A program made the translations under genes and the position numbers. Below the pieces are notes generated by a model, which worked only from the letters and a program-made list of their open reading frames with translations, was not told the DNA's origin and searched no databases. From a bacterium (lineage in GTDB: Archaea > Thermoplasmatota > E2 > JACPAO01 > JAHFTW01): DNA of 64,000 nucleotides. The stretch is from positions 1 to 64,000 of the forward strand of contig JAZJZE010000002.1 in assembly GCA_040390065.1 (NCBI GenBank), given 5' to 3'. Shown one piece after another: positions 56,983 through 64,000 of the stretch. Within the stretch, counting starts at the first letter, position 1, and the number at the start of each line of letters is the position of its first letter.

Positions 56983-58182
56983 CTACTGCACGAAGTCGAT
57001 GCCGCCGGTCGAGGGCGGGGCTTGTCCCCGGCCGCTGCGGCTGCCCATGCTGGTCGGGCGGTCGAACTTGAAGCCCTCGGGCTTGGCCGGTCCGCCGCTC
57101 GGGGTGCGAGCCGCGGCGCCCTTGCCGTTGGCCGTCTGCACCGCGTGCAGTTGCACGGGGGCGTTGGCCTGCTGCAGGTTCGGGGCGACTTCGATGGTGC
57201 TGATGCCGGTCATGATGGCCATGACGCGGCAGCGGCCCTCGAACTGGGGCAGCACGCGGGCGCCCCAGATGACGTTGGCCTGGGAGTCGAGTTCGTAGGT
57301 GAGTCCTTCGGCGACTTCCTCGGCGTGCTTGAGGGTGAGGTCGGGGCCGCCGGTGATGTGGATGAGGGCGCCGGTCGCGCCGCGGTAGTCCACGTCCAGA
57401 AGCGGGTGGTTGAGTGCCTCGGAGACGACCGACGAGGGGCCGTCGGAGACCTTGGATTCGCCCCAGAGCATGACGGCGACGCCGCCTTCGCCCATGATGG
57501 CCTTCACGTCGGCGTAGTCCAGGTTGATGAGGGACGGCTGGGTGATGGTCTCGCTGATGCCCTTGACGGTCTCCGCGATGAGTTGGTCCATGACCGAGAA
57601 GGCCTGGTCGATCGGGAGGTTGGGGACGTAGTTCAGCAGGCGGTTGTTGTCGAGGACGATGACCGAGTCGGCGCGGCTGCGCAGCTTCTGCAGGCCTTCG
57701 TCGCCGCGGATGATGCGGGCGCGCTCGACGTTGAACGGCGTCGACACCATGCCGACGACGATGGCGCCCATCTTCTTCGCGACGTCCGCGACGACGGGGG
57801 CGGTGCCGGTGCCCGTGCCGCCGCCCATGCCGGCCGTGATGAAGACGAGGTCCGCGCCCTTCAGCATCTCTTCGAGCTTGCCGCGGGCCTGTTCGGCGCA
57901 GCGCTCTGCGACCTCAGGGTAGCCGCCGGCGCCAAGTCCGCGGGTGATGGTCTTGCCGACCAGGAGCTTCTTGTCCGCCTCGACGAGGTCAAGCGCTTGC
58001 TTGTCCGTGTTGATGGCGATGGTCTCGGCGCCCTTCACGCCCACCTTGTGCAGGCGGTTGATCGTGTTGCCGCCTGCGCCGCCGCAGCCGACAATCACGA
58101 TCTTCGGTTCGCCGAAGTTCTCGTACTCTTTGAGTTCCTGCTCTTGGGCGTACCCAACAGCGACTCCAATCAGGCTTTGCAT
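56983..58182 (-). CDS. ftsZ: Cell division protein FtsZ (FtsZ2-like by its cdrS context)
   Basis: [18 protein letters not shown] and INLDYAD. Start at ATG 58182. Confidence 0.97.
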   Translation of the reverse strand: MQSLIGVAVGYAQEQELKEYENFGEPKIVIVGCGGAGGNTINRLHKVGVKGAETIAINTDKQALDLVEADKKLLVGKTITRGLGAGGYPEVAERCAEQARGKLEEMLKGADLVFITAGMGGGTGTGTAPVVADVAKKMGAIVVGMVSTPFNVERARIIRGDEGLQKLRSRADSVIVLDNNRLLNYVPNLPIDQAFSVMDQLIAETVKGISETITQPSLINLDYADVKAIMGEGGVAVMLWGESKVSDGPSSVVSEALNHPLLDVDYRGATGALIHITGGPDLTLKHAEEVAEGLTYELDSQANVIWGARVLPQFEGRCRVMAIMTGISTIEVAPNLQQANAPVQLHAVQTANGKGAAARTPSGGPAKPEGFKFDRPTSMGSRSGRGQAPPSTGGIDFVQ

Positions 58183-58317
58183 GGTGTGTTCAGCTCCTCC
58201 ACTTGTTGACGCCGGTATGGCCGGACCTTGCCGGCATAGGGAATGAGGGGCCGGCGTCGGCCCCCCATCCCCCGAGTGCATCCCATCCCAGCCTTGTGAG
58301 GCGAGGACCGTGAAACC

Positions 58318-58578
58318 CTACTCGAGGCCAAGCTTCTGCTTGGTGGCCTTCTGGCGCGCCAGCTCTTGCTGGAGTTCCAGGACGCCCCGGCTCGACTCCA
58401 TGATCTTCATCGCCTCCGAGCCCTTGGTGAACAGGAGCTCCTTGATGGCGTTGTAGACCAGGTCGGTCGTGTTGCGGTACATGCCGGCGTGGACCAGGGC
58501 TTCCATTTGCTGGATCTGGTTCACGGGCAGGCGCACCGTGACGCGGTCGGACGGGTTCTTGGCGTGTTTTGCGGCCAT
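58318..58578 (-). CDS. cdrS: RHH cell-division regulator, CdrS-like
   Basis: DRVTVRLP..MEALVHAGMYRNTTDLVYNAIKELL directly upstream of ftsZ, matching the conserved archaeal cdrS-ftsZ2 arrangement. Confidence 0.8.
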   Translation of the reverse strand: MAAKHAKNPSDRVTVRLPVNQIQQMEALVHAGMYRNTTDLVYNAIKELLFTKGSEAMKIMESSRGVLELQQELARQKATKQKLGLE

Positions 58579-58600
58579 TGTTTGACCTCTTGGGGCGCCG

Positions 58601-58704
58601 CAGTTGTCAGACAACTGTGGCTGGCAAAGGTCCACCCGCAGACCCATTCGGGCCTGTTTGTGGTCATTTGTCTGACAGTCCCATTGTCCCTGTGGTATTT
58701 AATG
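58601..58704 (-). promoter_or_regulatory. cdrS-ftsZ promoter with two TGTC-N-GACA palindromes
   Basis: CAGTTGTCAGACAACTG 58601-58617, TGTCTGACA 58669-58677, TATA-like TTAAATA on the minus strand at about 58696-58702. Confidence 0.6.
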
Positions 58705-58969
58705 ACTTGGGAAAAAACCGGGCGGCGAAAAGGCGCCGCCTCCTGTTGGATGCCCAACCATGGCCTTGCCTTGAACCTTCGTTTCCGATGGAGTCCATCG
58801 GAAATGGTGGTCCGCCGAGCTGCCGAATGGAGGCGTCTGAGGGAAGGCCGGCCCGCCAAGAACTGACCCATTGTGGGAGGGGGGAGCTGCAATCACGGAG
58901 CGGGCCGGACTTCCGACGACGAGGCCAAAGCCCGCCAAGCCGAAACCTTTGCCGCCAGGTCAGTGAAAC

Positions 58970-59575
58970 CTAGGGGCCCGCCGGCGGCAAGGGGACGCCA
59001 GGCGCCGCTGCACCCGACCGCAGCCACGCACCGAACTCCGTCCAGTGCCGCAGGTAGTCGTCGCGCCACTTCTGCCGGTAGATGACCGCCGCCGGGTGCA
59101 GGCTGACGAAGATGGGCACGCCATCAGGGCCGGCCAGGAAGGTCCCGGCCAGGGCGGAGAAGGCCTCCGGGACGTGGCCGATCAAGCCCGACAGGCCGTG
59201 CCGGCCGAGCGCCACGATGACACGCGGGCGCAGCGCGGCGACTTGCGCCAGGAGGTACGGCCGGCACGCGCCTTTCTCGTCGTCCTTCGGATCGCGGTTG
59301 GCCGGCGGGCGGCACTTGACGATGCTCGTGACGAAGCAGGCGCTTCGGTCGATGCCGGCAGCTGCGAGGGCGAGGTCCAGTTTCTTCCCGGCGGCGCCGC
59401 AGAAAGGCCGCCCCGTCTCGTCCTCGTTGCGGCCCGGCGCCTCGCCGACCAGCATGACGCCGCTTGCCCCCGTGCCTTCTCCCGGGACCGCATTCGTCCG
59501 CGTCTCGCAGAGCCGGCAAAGGCGGCAGGCCCGCACCGCGTCGGCCAGGCGCAGGAGGGCTGCGTCGTCGGGCAC
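58970..59575 (-). CDS. Uracil-DNA glycosylase, family 4 (Fe-S)
   Basis: CRLC.LC, GEAPG..ED..GRPF.G, KCRPP.NR and HPAA. GTG start at about 59575. Confidence 0.93.
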   Translation of the reverse strand: MPDDAALLRLADAVRACRLCRLCETRTNAVPGEGTGASGVMLVGEAPGRNEDETGRPFCGAAGKKLDLALAAAGIDRSACFVTSIVKCRPPANRDPKDDEKGACRPYLLAQVAALRPRVIVALGRHGLSGLIGHVPEAFSALAGTFLAGPDGVPIFVSLHPAAVIYRQKWRDDYLRHWTEFGAWLRSGAAAPGVPLPPAGP

Positions 59576-59733
59576 GCATCTCGCACAAGCGGACCCACCG
59601 ATAACTTGGATGGACCCGTTGGACGACCGATTCCGTCGGCAAAAGCCGGCCAAGGCACGCCCAGGTGGAAGGCGGGGCGACGGCGTAGCCGGGTCATGCA
59701 AAACCTTAGGCGACGGGCCGGCGGTCGGGACGC

Positions 59734-60765
59734 GTGCGTCGCGCCGCCGGCTTGGCTCTCCTTCTGATCCTTCTGCCCGCGTGCTTGGGACCTGCCACCA
59801 CCACCTCGACCAGCACGTCACCCGTTCTGTCGAACCCGATCGTTCGCTTCGTCGCTCTGGGTGACGCCGGCACGGGCGAAGCCGACCAGTTCACCGTCGC
59901 GGCCGCCATCGCCAAGGTCTGCGCCGAGCGCGGCTGCGACTTCGCCGTCGGCCTCGGCGACAACATCTACGACGCGGGCGCCAGCTCGGACCGCGACCCG
60001 CAGTTCGACAGCAAGTTCGAGGTCCCCTACGCGAACTTGGCGATGCCGTTCTGGATGGTCCTCGGCAACCACGACAACTCGCAAGACCCGGCGGCAAGCG
60101 GCGCAACGGGGGGCCTTGGTCTGTGGTACTCGGCCGGCAACAACGAGGTCGCGTACGGCAAGCGCACGGACACGTCGGGCAAGTGGCACATGCCGGCGCG
60201 ATACTACACCTTCACGCAGGGACCCGCCGCCTTCGTCGCCCTCGACACGAACACGCTCTTGTTCGACGATGTTCCGGTGCCGCCTGGCCAGGCCGCAGAG
60301 GTGCAGGCGCAGACGAAGTGGGTCGACGGCGCCATCGCGGCTCTGCCGGCCAACACCACTTGGCGCATCGCCATCGGCCACCACGGCTACCTCTCGAACG
60401 GCCCGCACGGCAACGCGGGGGCCTACGACGGGCGCGCCGGCGTGCCGGGCCAATCGGGCGACTACACGAAGCAGTTCTTCGAAGCGCACGTCTGCGACAA
60501 GGTGGACCTGTACCTCTTCGGCCACGACCACGACTTGCAATGGCTCGACGCAGTGGCGCCTTGCGGAAGGACGCAGTTCATCGGCTCCGGAGCGGGCGGC
60601 GCCGGCACGTACGAGTTGGTGGGCACGAACGCCGGCCGTTTCCAGGCCAGCGAGCACGGCTTCTGGTACTTCGAAGTCGACGCCAAGAATGTCTACGCGA
60701 CCGCCTACGATGCCGACGGCAAGATCCTGTACACGGGCGTCATCTCGAAGCACCTTGCCGCGTGA
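59734..60765 (+). CDS. Secreted metallophosphoesterase (purple acid phosphatase-like)
   Basis: GDAG, GDNIY, GNHD, GHH and GHDH motifs; lipoprotein-like signal. Confidence 0.92.
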   Translation: MRRAAGLALLLILLPACLGPATTTSTSTSPVLSNPIVRFVALGDAGTGEADQFTVAAAIAKVCAERGCDFAVGLGDNIYDAGASSDRDPQFDSKFEVPYANLAMPFWMVLGNHDNSQDPAASGATGGLGLWYSAGNNEVAYGKRTDTSGKWHMPARYYTFTQGPAAFVALDTNTLLFDDVPVPPGQAAEVQAQTKWVDGAIAALPANTTWRIAIGHHGYLSNGPHGNAGAYDGRAGVPGQSGDYTKQFFEAHVCDKVDLYLFGHDHDLQWLDAVAPCGRTQFIGSGAGGAGTYELVGTNAGRFQASEHGFWYFEVDAKNVYATAYDADGKILYTGVISKHLAA

Positions 60766-60860
60766 CGCCTCGAGCCATCCCGCCGCCACCCGTTCCGCTT
60801 AAGTGGGACACTCCCGTCGTCGCAATCCCGCCACCGCACTGCGATGGCGGCCCGGCGCAA

Positions 60861-61172
60861 GGCGGGGACTAGGTGAGGGAGTAGGCGCCCCTCTTCGTGC
60901 AAGTCTACATGGCGCGACCGAACCCCTGTCGTGGCGCCCGGGGTCCGCTGCAAGCCCTCGTCTTACGGTGAAACCTCGTCCCCCGAGGTCGGCGGTGGCA
61001 GGAAACGTCCCGGAAGGGACGCCGAATGCCTTCGCTGCGGGGACCGGGTCAGGCCCGGAAGGGAGCAGCCTTACCGCAAACGACCGACGTTTGGGGGGGC
61101 GCGGGGTGGAGAACAACGAGGGATCCAAACTTGCACGGGTTCCGTGGCCGTCGCGGCAGGATCGTCCCCGCC
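60861..61172 (+). ncRNA. ffs: Archaeal 7S SRP RNA
   Basis: Helix 8 signature TCAGGCCCGGAAGGGAGCAGC; helix 6 with a GGAA tetraloop; terminal helix GGCGGGGAC/GTCCCCGCC; 312 nt. Confidence 0.92.
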
Positions 61173-61322
61173 CGCTAAAGGGCCTGCCGGGGAATGTAAA
61201 CCCCTCACGGAGTATCGAACATGTTCATGCTGGGCGAATACGCGCCGGTGGACAATGCCGCCCCGCGCCGCAACGCTTAACATAGCACGCAGGCTAAAGT
61301 CAATTCCTCCCTGGCGATTTCC

Positions 61323-61559
61323 ATGGTCCTCCTCCGCTGTGCAAAGTGTGGTTCCGATGCCGGTTTCCTCATCGAGACGTCCGACCGCAAGACGCTCGAA
61401 GTGAAGGGCAAGCTCCCCATGGAGCGCATCCTCAAGACCGTCCTCGTCACCTGCGTCTACTGCAACAACCGCTGGGACCACGTCCCGGTCATCGTGACCG
61501 ACCCCTCCATCGACGAGAAGGTCAGCGCCCCTCGCAAAGACCGCGAACTGCTCAACTGA
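61323..61559 (+). CDS. Small Zn-ribbon protein
   Basis: CAKCG and CVYC; host-like codon usage. Confidence 0.8.
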   Translation: MVLLRCAKCGSDAGFLIETSDRKTLEVKGKLPMERILKTVLVTCVYCNNRWDHVPVIVTDPSIDEKVSAPRKDRELLN

Positions 61560-61747
61560 GTGGGTATTCCGCAGAATCCCTCCGGTCGGTCATCCATCTG
61601 GAGACTCGCAGATTGACTTCACCCGCTTAGTCAGTCGGCGGAATCTGCTCCCAGTCCGTGCCATTGCAAGACGTGCAAGCGTTCACCAGGACGATGCCGG
61701 GGATGTCGGCGAAATCCGCGGATGAGTCGTCGCGACGAGCGCCCACC

Positions 61748-62827
61748 TCAACGGGCAAGCGCCAGTTCGTCCCCGAACTCCTTCAGCATCTTGATGCCGT
61801 GCACGTCGCGGCGCCGTAGCGGCACGAGCACCTGCGGCACCTTCGGCAGGCGGCGTTCGAGTTCGGCGATGTGTTCAAGGTTCATGGCGCGGCGCACGCG
61901 CCCGAATTCCGTTGCGGCGACGAGGGCCTCGACGAATTCCGGCTTGGTCTGCGTCGCCGCCGAAGCGGACTTGGCAAAGGCTGCCCTTGCCTCGGCGTCG
62001 CCGGCCAAATGCGTGAAGGCTCCATCGAACCCGGCGACGGGATCCGGTTGCACCTTGTTGACGACGACGAGGCGGACGTGCATGCCGAGTCCGGTGACCG
62101 CCGCGTGCAGTTCGCAGGTCTCCTCGACCGGCAGTTTCTCGGGCAGGCACACGAGGACGAGGGCCGAGTGCTTGGGATCCGTCAGGAAGGCGCGGATGCG
62201 CTTTGCCTCCTCGGCGATGTCCCCGAACACCTTCTCGAAGTCGACGTCGGGTGGTGGCGCCCGCTTGGCCTCGCGCTTCACGACGTTTTGCATGCGGCGT
62301 GCGGCTCCCGACAGTTTCTGCCAGACCGCGTAGCCCTTCACGGCCCACTTGAGCAGGCTTCGATCGGAGACGAGTTCCTCGATGGCCGCCGGTGCGGACA
62401 GGAACGACAGCGCGTGGCCCGTCGGCGCCGTGTCGACGACGATGACGTCGTAGGCGTTCTCGCGGCGCAGGTCGTTGAGCTTGCCGATGGCCATGAGTTC
62501 GTTGAGGCCAGGCAGGGCGCGCGTCGCCTGCTTGAACAACGGGTGGTCGGTCACCTGGACGCCCGGGAGTTCGCGCGCGAAGTGCTCTCGTACCACGGAT
62601 TCGGGGTCGAGCATCAGCGCAGTGAGGTTGGGCTGCACCGGCGTGGCCACGAAACCGACCGGGACGCCCAGCGAGTCCTGTAGCCGCTTGGCGGGGTCGA
62701 CCGTGACGAGCATGGTCTTGCGGCCGTCGCGGGCAAACCGCAGGGCCAGGGCCGCAGAACACGTGGTCTTGCCCACGCCCCCCTTGCCAGCCACGATGAC
62801 GAGGTTGCGGCCGTCCAGCTCCTTCAC
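61748..62827 (-). CDS. ArsA/GET3-family ATPase (single domain)
   Basis: GKGGVGKTT, TVDPA, DTAPTGH and VNK motifs. Confidence 0.9.
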   Translation of the reverse strand: MKELDGRNLVIVAGKGGVGKTTCSAALALRFARDGRKTMLVTVDPAKRLQDSLGVPVGFVATPVQPNLTALMLDPESVVREHFARELPGVQVTDHPLFKQATRALPGLNELMAIGKLNDLRRENAYDVIVVDTAPTGHALSFLSAPAAIEELVSDRSLLKWAVKGYAVWQKLSGAARRMQNVVKREAKRAPPPDVDFEKVFGDIAEEAKRIRAFLTDPKHSALVLVCLPEKLPVEETCELHAAVTGLGMHVRLVVVNKVQPDPVAGFDGAFTHLAGDAEARAAFAKSASAATQTKPEFVEALVAATEFGRVRRAMNLEHIAELERRLPKVPQVLVPLRRRDVHGIKMLKEFGDELALAR

Positions 62828-62869
62828 GGCGCCGCGATGGGCACCGACCGGATAGCAATGACGGCGACG

Positions 62870-64000
62870 TCAGGCCCGCCGACGCATGACGGCGACGACG
62901 ACTCCGGCTCCGGCGAGAAGACCGACGCCCGATGCCAGCAGGATGCCGGCAAGGCTGCCGGTCGCCGCCTGGGCGGCCGGGCTGCCCGCAACAGTCTTGT
63001 CGAGCGGGCGGGCGCCTTCGCTTGGCGCCGCGCCGTCGCGGTACGTGAAGATGCTGCAGGCGTCGCCGGCGGCGTCGAGGTCCGAGTTCTCCTGCAGCGG
63101 GTTGCGGATTTGCGGGCAGTTGTCCGTCGCGTCGGGCACGAGGTCCCCGTCCCGATCGTCGTCGCACGCGTCGCCCATGGCGTCCCCGTCGAGGTTCTCC
63201 TGGTCTGCGTTGGAAACGGCCGCACAGTCGTCCGCGGCGTTCACGATGCCGTCGTTGTCGGCGTCCGCATCGCACGCGTCGCCCAGCAAGTCGTCGTCGG
63301 CGTCCGTCTGTGATGGGTTGGCATCCAGCGGGCAGTTGTCGACACGGTCGATCCAGCCGTCGCCGTCGGAGTCGGCGCCGGCCACTTGGTCGTCCACGCC
63401 GTCATGCGGCGGACGCGGCGCTTGGCCATTGTCCTGGGAGATGGTTCTCGGGATGCACATGGTTCCCTCCGTCGCGACCACTTGCGACGTGTGCGTCGAG
63501 GTCATTCCGTTCTCGACCGTGACGGTCTCCGTGACTGTGTATTGGCCCGGCTGCGCGTACTGGTGCGTCGGGCTCGGGTCCGTGCTCGTGGCACCGTCGC
63601 CGAAGTCCCACGCCCAGCCCGTGATGTTGTACGTGCCGCCTGCGGACTGGTCCGCAAAGGAGACCGGATGCGGGCCACACGTCCCCGAGGAACTCGTCGC
63701 CTTGAAGCGAGCCGCCGGCGGGATGGGGGGCGGCGGGGGCGGCGGGACCCCGAGTTGCGAGAAGCGCGTGTTGTGCGCGGCGTAGACCGATTCATGGGCC
63801 GGGATGCTGAAACTCCAGCTCAACCCCGCGCCGGAGTCGAGGTTGGTCGAACACGTGCACGTGTCGGGGAAGGGCAGGTGCAGGCCGATCTGGCGCCAGA
63901 CGGTGCTGTAGAAGTCCTCCATGTAGTTCGAGCCGGCCGTGAGCGGCACCCATTGTTCGATGCGGCCGTTGGGCGTATTGTCGACGTTGACGCTGCAGCC
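62870..64000 (-). CDS. Surface protein with PKD and TSP3 repeats and a C-terminal TM (5' part outside window)
   Basis: WAWDFGDG..PTHQY, TSP3 repeats, TM followed by MRRRA. Confidence 0.88.
   Translation of the reverse strand, partial: GCSVNVDNTPNGRIEQWVPLTAGSNYMEDFYSTVWRQIGLHLPFPDTCTCSTNLDSGAGLSWSFSIPAHESVYAAHNTRFSQLGVPPPPPPPIPPAARFKATSSSGTCGPHPVSFADQSAGGTYNITGWAWDFGDGATSTDPSPTHQYAQPGQYTVTETVTVENGMTSTHTSQVVATEGTMCIPRTISQDNGQAPRPPHDGVDDQVAGADSDGDGWIDRVDNCPLDANPSQTDADDDLLGDACDADADNDGIVNAADDCAAVSNADQENLDGDAMGDACDDDRDGDLVPDATDNCPQIRNPLQENSDLDAAGDACSIFTYRDGAAPSEGARPLDKTVAGSPAAQAATGSLAGILLASGVGLLAGAGVVVAVMRRRA

Noticed and set aside
1-64000. CRISPR array or cas genes
   Set aside because: No regularly spaced repeat-spacer series and no Cas motifs were seen.

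Overview
High-GC archaeal DNA, probably Thermoplasmatota-like. This is inferred from an archaeal 7S SRP RNA, an A1-U72 tRNA-Gln, a cdrS-ftsZ pair, an Ncs6/TtuA thiolase, a PGF-CTERM anchor and a COG1340-like coiled-coil protein. The window has three parts. (1) About 1-21,100 is an integrative island whose left end lies outside the window. It carries ArdC, HTH/RHH regulators, a DUF262+HEPN defence pair, a 2,869-aa signal-peptide/FN3/RHS toxin with a candidate immunity gene, a P-loop ATPase, an IS91-like HUH protein and a tyrosine integrase. (2) About 21,270-33,900 is housekeeping DNA: purH, gpmI, thpR, an M28 peptidase, an ABC-F and tRNA-Gln. It includes a half-size protein closely resembling the C-terminal half of eukaryotic deoxyhypusine hydroxylase, and hairpin cassettes set inside duplicated tRNA fragments. 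(3) About 34,000-64,000 is a cluster of large surface proteins (TSP3, Kelch, PKD, FG-GAP, Ig-like) mixed with ftsZ, cdrS, UDG, SRP RNA and an ArsA/GET3-like ATPase. The best leads are the half-DOHH, the integrase plus HUH plus ATPase element carrying an RHS toxin, and several unexplained non-coding structures. All family assignments come from motif recognition by eye; no searches were run.
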